Virus record (IMG/VR): IMGVR_UViG_3300005824_000019
Coordinates: 1-41,169 of that record
DNA length: 41,169 nucleotides
Strand: one strand, 5' to 3'
Source of the DNA: a virus
Shown here in pieces: positions 17,695 through 25,502 of this stretch (the stretch's first letter is position 1; each line of letters begins with the position of its first letter). The notes beneath the pieces were generated by a model. That model saw only the letters and a program-made list of their open reading frames with translations, was not told the DNA's origin and made no database searches. The translations under genes and the position numbers were made by a program.

Positions 17695-18726
17695 TCAACG
17701 GCCCCTGCTTTCCCTCTCCAGTCGCTGCCTGGCCTTCTCTGCGAAGGTGCCACGTTGGTTGGGCACTACTTCCGCAAATCGTCCTCTGGCGTCTCTGGAC
17801 ACACGGCCTGTTTTGCCGCGGGGTGCCTGAGCCTTCCGTTTAAACTTCGTCTGGACGTTTTTGCCGGCGGTACGCAGGGTCATCAGTGCATGCAGAGCCT
17901 CGATTACCACCGGATCGGTGGTGTCGTTGAACTGCTTTACGGGCATACCCTGGTTGACTGCAAACTCGCGGAGTTTTGCGTAGGTCTCGTTCCCCCAGTT
18001 GGGGATCGTGCGCCGGAGCCGAATCTTCGCAATGGCAGCTTCTCGCTGCTTCACATGCGCCATCGTTTCCTCGCGCTGACCTTGGATCTGCTCCCAGGCG
18101 GCTTTGGCTTGTTGCTCCATCGCTAGTGCCTGTTGAGCCTGGGCTTGTAGCTGCGGCAGTTGCTCCGCAGGTACCTGGGACCAGTTGATATTGCGGTACT
18201 GATTCGCGTTGCCGCTCATCACGTTCGCCATATACTCGGCCCTGCCAGCCGCCTCGTTCAGGCGGTCCTCCAGGTCAAACCTTAAACGGAGAGTCTCGCC
18301 CATCGCTTGCGAGTGCTCCTCCGTAATTTCTCCGCGTTCCTGCGCCATGCGGGTATATTCCGCCTGGAGATCCTGGTAACGCTTCTGCCACTTGCCGCTT
18401 TCCTCGTAGCCTTCCTCGTCGTCGTCGGAGGGTGTCCCTTCGTCGGGGTCCTCGAACAGATCGCCTTGGTCGTCTCCTTCGTACTCGTCGTCAGCTTCGA
18501 GGTCCTGGCCGTCCTCCTCGAAGTCTTCAGTTGATCCTGCAGGCTGGGAGGGTGTCCGCTCGCGTCGAGTCGGGTTCTCACGGTCTGTAGGTGGTCGTCC
18601 TTCCTGCTCTCGCCGGGTCCCGCTCTCTGCTGCGAGTTCTGCGGCCTTGCGCTCTCTGAACGACTGCTGGGGTGCTTCCCCAGATACTGCTGCGGGGCCT
18701 TGGCCCTGCGGTGGTGCTATAGGCAT
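17695..18726 (-). CDS. Scaffolding protein (343 aa).
   Basis: Highly charged (E/D/R/Q-rich) with apparent coiled-coil character. Located between the portal side and the MCP gene. Confidence 0.6.
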   Translation of the reverse strand: MPIAPPQGQGPAAVSGEAPQQSFRERKAAELAAESGTRREQEGRPPTDRENPTRRERTPSQPAGSTEDFEEDGQDLEADDEYEGDDQGDLFEDPDEGTPSDDDEEGYEESGKWQKRYQDLQAEYTRMAQERGEITEEHSQAMGETLRLRFDLEDRLNEAAGRAEYMANVMSGNANQYRNINWSQVPAEQLPQLQAQAQQALAMEQQAKAAWEQIQGQREETMAHVKQREAAIAKIRLRRTIPNWGNETYAKLREFAVNQGMPVKQFNDTTDPVVIEALHALMTLRTAGKNVQTKFKRKAQAPRGKTGRVSRDARGRFAEVVPNQRGTFAEKARQRLERESRGR

Positions 18727-18763
18727 GGTAATACTCCTCTACTCGTGTGTAAACCTGCCGGGT

Positions 18764-19123
18764 TTATTGGATTCCGAATCCCTGGGTGTCCAGGTACTCG
18801 TTACGCTTGTGCTCCTCGCTTTGCTTTGTATCTTGCTCGGCGCGCAGCATTTCTGCTTGCTCGACGAAGCTCTGCATCCTGGTCGCCATTGCTACCTGCG
18901 CCTGGGCCTGGTGGTACAGACTGTCCCGCTTGTTGGTTTCCTTCGGCTCGGACGTCAACCACTGGTTGATCGTGTCCTCCATCTGAGCCCGGTACGCCAG
19001 GTTGAAGACCGGGCTGTTCAGCAGGCGAGCTGCTTCCTCCCCGGCCCGCATCATTTCCTGTGCGGCTTGCCAATAGTCTTGCTGCGAGTGCTCGCCGTTT
19101 GGCGAGTTTTTGCTTCGGTCCAT
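18764..19123 (-). CDS. Hypothetical protein (119 aa).
   Basis: ORF with an SD-like 'CGGAGAGAGAAAAATG', the same GGAGAGA-type SD used elsewhere in this genome. Confidence 0.5.
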   Translation of the reverse strand: MDRSKNSPNGEHSQQDYWQAAQEMMRAGEEAARLLNSPVFNLAYRAQMEDTINQWLTSEPKETNKRDSLYHQAQAQVAMATRMQSFVEQAEMLRAEQDTKQSEEHKRNEYLDTQGFGIQ

Positions 19124-19231
19124 TTTTCTCTCTCCGTTTATGGGCCACTACAATCGTCGGGTGCACAGTAAGCGCGAACTCTTTCGGCCCCGCGTCCCGA
19201 CGCAATTTATTCTCGAAAATTCTCTTATCCA

Positions 19232-21313
19232 TTAGCCCTGAACGGTCACCTCTTTCTTGAGTTTCGCTTCCAGGTCGATCTCCTGCTGCTGGATGTCCTC
19301 GAGCCAGGTCTGCTTCTGCTCGGCCAGGAGGTTGTCGGCCATGTCGTCGGTCTGATCCCAGGTGAACTTCGCCCACTCACGCTGCTCGCGTGACCGGGTC
19401 GCCTCGGTCTGCGCCTGGAGGTTCTCGACCTGGATACCGGTGAGCTGGTCCTGCTTCTGCTGGGCCTGCTGCGCCTGCTGGCCTTGCTGCTGCGCCTTCT
19501 GCTGGTACTGCGGATCGGACGGTGCCAGCAGGATCTTGCTGGTGTCGCTTACGCCCATCATGTCGTAGATCATGTCGAACAGGGCGTGCTTCTGCTCCAC
19601 GCCGTAGGACAGGGCCATCTCGGGGTCCTGGGATACCACACCGTGCATGGTCAGGAGCTTGTTGCTCATGATCGCGCCTTCCTCGGGGGTGAGCGCGACC
19701 GCGGTCTCCATGTGGTTCTCGGTATCCTGCCACTGCTTCGGTACGATCGGGATCTGCTGCCCGGCGTATTCCTGGAGGGACTGGCTGTTATCGTTCTCCA
19801 TCCCCAGCTTCACAACGTACTGGCACAAAGGGATCAAGAAGGTATTCGCAAAATCCCGGGCTGCCGCAGTCACACGACGGGTACCGGCATTGGTAAGCCG
19901 GGCAATCATGTCGTCCGCGTTCTGGTACTTCACCGCGTCGGAGTTCATGCCCTTCGCCAGGGAAGACATGCCTGACCGTTCCTCGCCGTCCATCTTGAAC
20001 AGGTTGATCGCATCCATCGTCATCGGCGACAGCTGCGGTGTGGGCAGGGCCGCAACGGCGTCCATGCGCTTGGTCCATATCGTGGCACCGATCTTGTTGT
20101 CCAGGAGGTCCCTGGGGTTCTTGAGGGCACCGGATAGGGCCAGGGTGCGTGAGCTGTTGGCCATACTCTGGTTGTCGTAGACCATCCGCTTCAGGCCGGA
20201 CTGCGCCTTCTGGGTGAACGCCACGACGTCGGAGGTACACATACCGTGCTCGGCGTGCGAGATCTTCATCTCGGCCCACTCGAAGAAAGGCATCTCCTCC
20301 ACCACCTTGATGGCGTAGGGGTGTTCCTGGTCGTCGTGCTCCTCCTCCCATCGGAGGATCTCGCCGTGGCACCAATGGATCTCGTACAGGTTGAACCCTT
20401 CCTCGGGCTCAAAACCCTCCAGGTTCGCGCCCTCGAAATCCTCGGCCGATAGCCAGGTCCAGGTGCGGTAGAACGTGACCTGCTCCTGGGAATTTACCCG
20501 GCTGGTCCTGCCGTGCTGTGTCCAGGAGGAGTCGTGCGCCTTACGCGCGAAGTCTTCCTGGTTCCTACGCCACCGGTAATCGAGCTTGAGCCCCATCACC
20601 TGGTCGTATTCGTAGCCCATGTCGGTGAGCATGCCGCGGGAGATGGTCTCCTCGTAGCTGCACCACATGGAATCCTGGATGTAGGTCGCCTCGGGGTCGC
20701 GGTAGAAATTCTCGGGCTTGATCAGGGACAGGCGGGTGTAGCTGTCGTCCAGCTCGAGCTTGAGCATGCCGGAGACGATCTGCATCGGTCCCTGCGGGCT
20801 GGGCATCTCCTGGATCTCGGCAGCGGACGTGTCGACGCCGCGGATCTGCTCGCCCATCTGCTGCAGCTGCTGGTTGATCATGGGGGCCGGCATGCCGTTG
20901 ACCTGGATCTCCTGGACCCGGGTGTCGTCGTACCATTCCGCCAGGACCACGCACCGCTTGCCGACGAATGCGTCGTGCCAGGCGTCGCGGAAGATCGCCT
21001 CGTGCTTGTTGCGCTTGAATACCCGGTTGACGTAGACCGTCTTGCCCTCTGCCTCGCCAGGGTAGGGGCAGTTGCTGAACTTCACCACCTCCCGGCTGGA
21101 CAGGAACGTCTCGGAGAACACGGCCTTCTTGCTCTCGACCGCGTCCAGGACGTCGGGCGAGATGTAGGCCGACCGGCCAGGTATTTCATTCCCAATGGGC
21201 TGCAGCGAGTAGTAGCGCATGTTGCGCTCTCGCTGCTCGCCGACCTCGAAGCTGGTCGTGTCTGATTCGTTGACCTGGCCTTCGAGTACCTTGATCAACG
21301 TCATGTCAGACAT
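19232..21313 (-). CDS. Portal protein (693 aa).
   Basis: Size and position fit. N-terminal 'RERNMRYYSLQPIGNEIPGRSAYISPDVLDAVES' fits the P22-like portal N-terminal pattern. Q-rich C-terminal barrel-like tail 'QYQQKAQQQGQQAQQAQQKQDQ'. Confidence 0.8.
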   Translation of the reverse strand: MSDMTLIKVLEGQVNESDTTSFEVGEQRERNMRYYSLQPIGNEIPGRSAYISPDVLDAVESKKAVFSETFLSSREVVKFSNCPYPGEAEGKTVYVNRVFKRNKHEAIFRDAWHDAFVGKRCVVLAEWYDDTRVQEIQVNGMPAPMINQQLQQMGEQIRGVDTSAAEIQEMPSPQGPMQIVSGMLKLELDDSYTRLSLIKPENFYRDPEATYIQDSMWCSYEETISRGMLTDMGYEYDQVMGLKLDYRWRRNQEDFARKAHDSSWTQHGRTSRVNSQEQVTFYRTWTWLSAEDFEGANLEGFEPEEGFNLYEIHWCHGEILRWEEEHDDQEHPYAIKVVEEMPFFEWAEMKISHAEHGMCTSDVVAFTQKAQSGLKRMVYDNQSMANSSRTLALSGALKNPRDLLDNKIGATIWTKRMDAVAALPTPQLSPMTMDAINLFKMDGEERSGMSSLAKGMNSDAVKYQNADDMIARLTNAGTRRVTAAARDFANTFLIPLCQYVVKLGMENDNSQSLQEYAGQQIPIVPKQWQDTENHMETAVALTPEEGAIMSNKLLTMHGVVSQDPEMALSYGVEQKHALFDMIYDMMGVSDTSKILLAPSDPQYQQKAQQQGQQAQQAQQKQDQLTGIQVENLQAQTEATRSREQREWAKFTWDQTDDMADNLLAEQKQTWLEDIQQQEIDLEAKLKKEVTVQG

Positions 21314-21314
21314 A

Positions 21315-21884
21315 TCAGCTCACCGATACAGAGGAGACCAGGCTGTAGTCAGGATCAGCAGGGCTCAAGGTCAGTACATTGCCAGCGGCAACCGCGCGGA
21401 TGTGGACCTGCGGGTCCAGGGACGCCGCGCACACACCGGCTACCGTCGCGCCACTGTGCTGCCCTGGGGGCAGGGTGATCGGGTAGACGTGGGTGTCGGA
21501 CTGCCCGTCCGGGTCGGTCACGGTGCAGGTGAAGGTGATCACGGTGCCGCCTGGCCAGGTGCCGGTCGCGGTGTAGACGTTGTCCACCTCGGTGATGCTC
21601 GGCTGGTCGGGGACGCCGCCGGTGTTGGCCGCCAGGGCGATCAGGAACTCGGAGCCGCGCGGGCCCATATGGTTCAGGAAACCGTCCACGGCCGCCAGGG
21701 TCGGGAAGGTGTAGGTCTGGAGCATGGTCGCCAGGGATAGCGGCGGGGTGGTCGTGGTGTCGCCGTACTGGGCGATCAGGTTGAACCCACGCTGGCCGCG
21801 GTTGTTCGCCGCCGCCAGGATCGCGTCCCGGCCGGCTGCCTCTACCAGGAAGGGCACGCCTACGAAGTCACTCTTGAGGTACAT
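21315..21884 (-). CDS. Hypothetical protein (189 aa) between the terminase and portal genes.
   Basis: ORF with strong SD GGGAGGAAG. The C-terminal half is beta-rich ('TFTCTVTDPDGQSDTHVYPITLPPG'). Confidence 0.55.
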   Translation of the reverse strand: MYLKSDFVGVPFLVEAAGRDAILAAANNRGQRGFNLIAQYGDTTTTPPLSLATMLQTYTFPTLAAVDGFLNHMGPRGSEFLIALAANTGGVPDQPSITEVDNVYTATGTWPGGTVITFTCTVTDPDGQSDTHVYPITLPPGQHSGATVAGVCAASLDPQVHIRAVAAGNVLTLSPADPDYSLVSSVSVS

Positions 21885-21886
21885 GG

Positions 21887-22024
21887 TTACTTCCTCCCGG
21901 CGGGCATGCCGTCGTTAGTACGAGCTTTGCGCCCGCCTGGTACGAGTACCGGCCGCCCCTTGGGGCTGGTAGCCATTGATTTGTTGGGACCTGCGCTGCG
22001 TCGTACTGATCGTGTTTTTGCCAT
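21887..22024 (-). CDS. Tiny, highly basic protein (45 aa). It falls below the ORF-track length cutoff.
   Basis: Hand translation: MAKTRSVRRSAGPNKSMATSPKGRPVLVPGGRKARTNDGMPAGRK*. It has 12 K/R against 1 acidic residue. SD GAGGG lies 8 nt upstream, and the TAA stop lies 2 nt before the next ATG. Confidence 0.4.
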   Translation of the reverse strand: MAKTRSVRRSAGPNKSMATSPKGRPVLVPGGRKARTNDGMPAGRK

Positions 22025-22037
22025 GATGCTGCCCTCG

Positions 22038-23516
22038 TTACTCGAAGTATTTATCGGGTGGTGCCCAGGATTCTATACCAGCTGTCTCTAATTCCCAACT
22101 CTGCTCGAACAGGGCCTCACCCTCGCCTGCTCCCAGGAGCAGGTAATGGGACGCCTCGCAGACGTGCGAGGTCGGGCCTTTGTCGGGCTTATCGGTGAAC
22201 CGTTCGGCCCCGACCACCTGGATACGCCTGAAACAATACTCCCCTGCCAGGCCTCTGATCAAGGTGGTGCAGCTGGGGTCGACCAGGAGCCCGGGCTGCC
22301 CCTCGATCAGGACGGACAGCTGCGCGTCCAGGGCCGCGTAGCGGATCTGCGGGTCGTTGGTGTAGGCCGGGGTGCCGTAGATGCCGCCCATCGCCAGGAG
22401 GTCGAAGGCGGTGTCGTCGCTCGATTGCGTACCGTAGTCGCCGCTCGGGTCGCCGGTCACGTCGGCGATCTCGAAGCCCTGGAAGTGTTCGTTGAGGTAG
22501 TCCTTCAGCAGGGGCCCGAACTTGTCCGCGCCCATGTTGGTGGTCACCAGCTCCTTGAGGAAGTACCACTGCCCGTTGACCTGGCGTTGGCCGATGACCG
22601 CGGCCGGCGTGCGCCCGAAGTCGATGCCGACGTACAGGGGCAGGCCGTAGGTGGCCTTGACCGGGGCGACGTGGATCTGCTCGTTGAAGCTGGGATGGAC
22701 AGGCCGGCCGTCGCTGTGGTGGACGAACTCGTTGGCCAGGTTCTGCCTGATCCAGGACTCCTTCTTGCCGGAGCACTGGTCCAGGTAGTAATTCTTGGGC
22801 AGGTTCTTGCGGTTCTCTGCCAGGGGGTTCTCGACCCAGGTGTTGCCCTTCATGATCACGCCGCCAGGCTGGATGCCGATCCACCAGTTGGGTGGTGGTG
22901 TGTGCGCCAGGGCGATCTCAGCCAGCCAGTGATCCTTCGCCACCGCGTTGCTGGTGCCCAGGCACTCGAACTTGGCGTTCGGCACCTCGACCTTGGCCGG
23001 GAATCGCTTCACCCGGCCGATCAGCATGTCCAGGTTGGTCTTGTGGAACTCGCCCAGCTCGTCGACCCAGATCCCGGACAGCTGCATGCCGCGGGCCTTG
23101 ACCACATCCTGCTCGCCGTCGAAGGACCTGAACATGATCTCGCCCTCGACGGTGGTGCCGTCGGCGCGTCGGTACTTGCACCGCCAGGCGATGACCTTAC
23201 CCATGCCCCACTCACCGATGCCCATGTCATCGACCACCGCCTTGACGTCGGGGATGGTGGTGGACAGCAGGTCCGGCAGGCTGTTACGGGCGATGCACCA
23301 CCTGGACTTGCGGACGCCGGCGGCGTTGGGTGTCTGCTCATGGATCGAGCGCAGGACCTGGGAGATCGCCGCGAAGGTCTTGCCGCTGCCCAGGGGGCCG
23401 ACGACGATACGCACAAACTCGTTGCGCCGGTGGAACTCCGCCAGGACCGAGCCCTGGGGCTTGTACTTGAGCTTGACGCCAGGGGCGTCGACGCTCCTGC
23501 CGGCGGCCGCGCTCAA
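22038..23516 (-). CDS. terL: Terminase large subunit.
   Basis: Walker A 'VVGPLGSGKTFA', Walker B 'GIWVDELGEF', and a C-terminal nuclease-sized domain. TTG start overlapping the upstream stop (TTGA). Confidence 0.85.
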   Translation of the reverse strand: MSAAAGRSVDAPGVKLKYKPQGSVLAEFHRRNEFVRIVVGPLGSGKTFAAISQVLRSIHEQTPNAAGVRKSRWCIARNSLPDLLSTTIPDVKAVVDDMGIGEWGMGKVIAWRCKYRRADGTTVEGEIMFRSFDGEQDVVKARGMQLSGIWVDELGEFHKTNLDMLIGRVKRFPAKVEVPNAKFECLGTSNAVAKDHWLAEIALAHTPPPNWWIGIQPGGVIMKGNTWVENPLAENRKNLPKNYYLDQCSGKKESWIRQNLANEFVHHSDGRPVHPSFNEQIHVAPVKATYGLPLYVGIDFGRTPAAVIGQRQVNGQWYFLKELVTTNMGADKFGPLLKDYLNEHFQGFEIADVTGDPSGDYGTQSSDDTAFDLLAMGGIYGTPAYTNDPQIRYAALDAQLSVLIEGQPGLLVDPSCTTLIRGLAGEYCFRRIQVVGAERFTDKPDKGPTSHVCEASHYLLLGAGEGEALFEQSWELETAGIESWAPPDKYFE

Positions 23517-23689
23517 CTGTAGTCTCTCACGTTGGCGTCCTCTGCCGCCTCCCTGGCGTCGCGCTCCTGGGATTCCAGGGTGAGGCAGGGCACATCCTTC
23601 CAGGGGGCGTAGGCCGCGTCCCTGGTCTGCAGGATGCGACGCAGGGTGCCGCTCTCGTCGATGCGCTCGATAAACCGCAGCTCGATCAT
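23513..23689 (-). CDS. Hypothetical protein (58 aa) between terS and terL. It falls below the ORF-track length cutoff.
   Basis: Hand translation: MIELRFIERIDESGTLRRILQTRDAAYAPWKDVPCLTLESQERDAREAAEDANVRDYS*. ATGA overlap upstream and TTGA overlap with terL. Confidence 0.4.
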   Translation of the reverse strand: MIELRFIERIDESGTLRRILQTRDAAYAPWKDVPCLTLESQERDAREAAEDANVRDYS

Positions 23690-23958
23690 CGCAGCACCGC
23701 CTGCTCGTTACCGCAGCTGGTGCACTGCCAGACGAATGCGCCAGGGCGCGTCTCCATCCGCAGGTACTTGTCGCTGCAGCCGTTGGCGCACTTGTTGCTG
23801 TTGGTCATGAACCCGACCATGTTGGGTGTGGAGCGGAAGGTGTGACACTTCTGCCTGGCCAGCTCGTGCTTGAGTGCCAGGATCTCCTCGTGCTGCTCCA
23901 GGATCACGCGCTTCTGCAGGTCGATGACCCGCTGCGCTTGCTCAATCTGTTCCGTCAT
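23686..23958 (-). CDS. Protein with a coiled coil plus a Cys-rich putative zinc ribbon (90 aa).
   Basis: 'MTEQIEQAQRVIDLQKRVILEQHEEILALKHELARQKCHTF...KCANGCSDKY...WQCTSCGNE'. The ATG at 23958 lies 6 nt after GAGGGGG. The longer track ORF overlaps terS. Confidence 0.55.
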   Translation of the reverse strand: MTEQIEQAQRVIDLQKRVILEQHEEILALKHELARQKCHTFRSTPNMVGFMTNSNKCANGCSDKYLRMETRPGAFVWQCTSCGNEQAVLR

Positions 23959-24379
23959 CGGCATCCCCCTCGAACCCGCTGAAGTCGATCTCCACCAGGC
24001 GCAGCTCACCGCTGTGATCAATCTCGCGGCGGTCGCGGTACTGATCCGGATGTTGATTTTTGAGCATGAACGCCAGGGTGTTGCCGTTGGCTCCATCGTA
24101 CTTGCCGCGGGCCTGGCCCTGGGCCGTCGACTCCCACCACTCGAGGCTGTGCCCCCGCGCGCGCGTTAAGGCGTCGGAAAACGCGGGATGCACTTCCGCC
24201 CACTCGTACAGCGTGTCACGGTGCACGCCGCAGACGTTGGCCATCGCTGTAATGGATTTACCCTGCTTGCCGATCTTGACTACCAGGTCGCAATACTCAG
24301 GTTTGTAGGCCGTCGGGCGGCCCGTCCTGTTGGGTTGGTTGCGCTTGAGCGCGGGGTTTTTCTTCGCTGCTCCGGCCAT
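23942..24379 (-). CDS. terS: Terminase small subunit.
   Basis: 'NRTGRPTAYKPEYCDLVVKIGKQGKSITAMANVCGVHRDTLYEWAEVHPAFSDALTRARGHSLEWWE' matches the common HTH-type TerS pattern (GRP..Y.PEY...G.s....A...gV...T.Y.W...hp.F..A......WWE). The ATG at 24379 lies 5 nt after GGAGGA. Confidence 0.75.
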   Translation of the reverse strand: MAGAAKKNPALKRNQPNRTGRPTAYKPEYCDLVVKIGKQGKSITAMANVCGVHRDTLYEWAEVHPAFSDALTRARGHSLEWWESTAQGQARGKYDGANGNTLAFMLKNQHPDQYRDRREIDHSGELRLVEIDFSGFEGDADDGTD

Positions 24380-24380
24380 G

Positions 24381-24635
24381 TCAGTCCTCCAACTCATCCG
24401 CGCGCATGTCGATCTCCTCGCGCTCTGCCGGGTAGACTATCACAGGTTGGCTGCCGTCGGCGATGTAGGCCAGGCCGCGGATCACGTTGAACTCTACCCA
24501 CTCGACGCCACTGTCCCGGTCGCCCTTGTTCGCGAAGACGTCGATCAGCTTCTCGTAATCGTACACCACGCGAAACGGATCATCGGCATACCCGATGATC
24601 GCGTCGTCGGCCCCATCAATCACGATGGCACTCAT
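24381..24635 (-). CDS. Acidic hypothetical protein (84 aa).
   Basis: ORF with an ATGA overlap upstream. D/E-rich. Confidence 0.55.
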   Translation of the reverse strand: MSAIVIDGADDAIIGYADDPFRVVYDYEKLIDVFANKGDRDSGVEWVEFNVIRGLAYIADGSQPVIVYPAEREEIDMRADELED

Positions 24636-24805
24636 GCGGCGGTAGGGGGTTCAGGTTTGGACAGGTCGGCGTACAACCGCTCCAGGGCGTAGAGTTTGTT
24701 CTCCAGCTCCAGGATGCGATCCTCCAGGTCCTTGTACCCTGGCGGCCGGGTGTTCAACTCGGTGGGCGCGCCCTTGCTGGTGGTGTTGGTGTAACTCGAT
24801 CTCAC
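24632..24805 (-). CDS. Hypothetical protein (57 aa) that looks like a coiled coil. It falls below the ORF-track length cutoff.
   Basis: Hand translation codon by codon: (GTG)MRSSYTNTTSKGAPTELNTRPPGYKDLEDRILELENKLYALERLYADLSKPEPPTAA*. GTGA overlap upstream and ATGA overlap downstream. Confidence 0.4.
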   Translation of the reverse strand: MRSSYTNTTSKGAPTELNTRPPGYKDLEDRILELENKLYALERLYADLSKPEPPTAA

Positions 24806-25065
24806 GGTTTCATCTCCTCGCCTGTGACCGGGTCTACCATCGTACCCTGGGCAGCCTGCCGTTGTACATCCTCGTCCCTGGCCAGCTTGAACAGCTCCAG
24901 GGAAACGCGCAGCACGTCATCGTCCCCCAGCTCGAGCCCCTCACGCTCGGCGATGCCGTGCAGGGCCACCGCCTGGCTGGTGACCCAGTACCCCGCGTGC
25001 ATCTGCCACTCCATCATCGCCTTGACCTGGTCATCAGTCAGTTGCAGTCCGTCTGGTTTTTCCAT
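24802..25065 (-). CDS. Hypothetical protein (87 aa).
   Basis: ATG at 25065 (MEKPDGLQLTDDQVKAMMEW...), 2 nt after the upstream TGA and preceded by GAGGAGAAG. Confidence 0.5.
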   Translation of the reverse strand: MEKPDGLQLTDDQVKAMMEWQMHAGYWVTSQAVALHGIAEREGLELGDDDVLRVSLELFKLARDEDVQRQAAQGTMVDPVTGEEMKP

Positions 25066-25067
25066 GC

Positions 25068-25376
25068 TCACTTCTCCTCGAAGTAATTGCGCTGCCGCAG
25101 CAGCTTGTTGTCGACGGCGAAGATGCCGTCGGGTTCCTGGACCACATCGGTGATGCACACCGCCTGGTCCTCGAATTGGGTCACCACCTTGCCCGGGTCG
25201 TTCAAGGCCCGGGTCAGGTCGGTCAGCAGATCCTCCTGGCCGGGTGACAGGCTGCCACCGGTGAACGACATCATCGTGTTGGCCGAGATCAGCTGCCCGT
25301 CACACTGCTGCCCCCAGGCCGGCCTGCTGGCCAGGGTCGCCAACACCGCCACCTGAATTAATTTCCTGCGTTCCAC
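25068..25376 (-). CDS. Putative secreted/periplasmic protein (102 aa).
   Basis: The GTG at 25376, 5 nt after GGAG, gives '(M)ERRKLIQVAVLATLASRPAWGQQ...', which looks like a signal peptide. The track start at 25424 adds 16 residues. Confidence 0.45.
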   Translation of the reverse strand: MERRKLIQVAVLATLASRPAWGQQCDGQLISANTMMSFTGGSLSPGQEDLLTDLTRALNDPGKVVTQFEDQAVCITDVVQEPDGIFAVDNKLLRQRNYFEEK

Positions 25377-25421
25377 TCGTGCTCCACTCCCCAGTAATAT
25401 CTCGCGGTTCCGCGGTGTGTA

Positions 25422-25446
25422 CACGCTCCCCCTAAAGGGGGGCGTG
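25422..25446. other. GC-rich stem-loop (10 bp with one bulge, 4-nt loop) between the primase-helicase gene and the next gene.
   Basis: CACGC(T)CCCCC-TAAA-GGGGGGCGTG, paired by hand. There is no U-tract on either strand, so it is not a canonical intrinsic terminator. Confidence 0.6.
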
Positions 25447-25502
25447 TCACACCACTAGTAGGACAGTATGACGTCATACTCTGTCATACTCTGTCACACT
25501 CT
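25446..25502. repeat. Iteron-like cluster of five GTCA(C/T)AC(T/C) half-sites, including a 16-bp perfect palindrome and three tandem 10-bp repeats.
   Basis: - GTCACACC at 25446.
- Palindrome AGTATGAC|GTCATACT at 25465-25480.
- GTCATACTCT at 25473 and 25483, and GTCACACTCT at 25493 (10-bp period).
- The cluster overlaps the stop codon of the primase-helicase gene. Confidence 0.8.

Noticed and set aside
18801-19376. A 191-aa minus-strand ORF. An internal ATG at 19231 is coupled to the portal stop by TAATG ('MDKRIFENKLRRDAGPKEF...').
   Set aside because: It overlaps the whole 119-aa gene (18764..19123) in another frame, and beyond the first ~35 codons it becomes Arg/Gly/Pro-rich shadow sequence. 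The 119-aa frame has the genome-typical GGAGAGA SD. A short peptide of about 35 aa cannot be excluded.
23686-24096. The long versions of several track ORFs: 23686..24096, 24802..25158, 11364..12758, 9615..10352, 14413..15360 and 36971..38293.
   Set aside because: Their 5' extensions overlap the preceding gene out of frame and translate to compositionally odd sequence. Internal starts with an SD and ATGA/TAATG coupling give compact, non-overlapping gene models.
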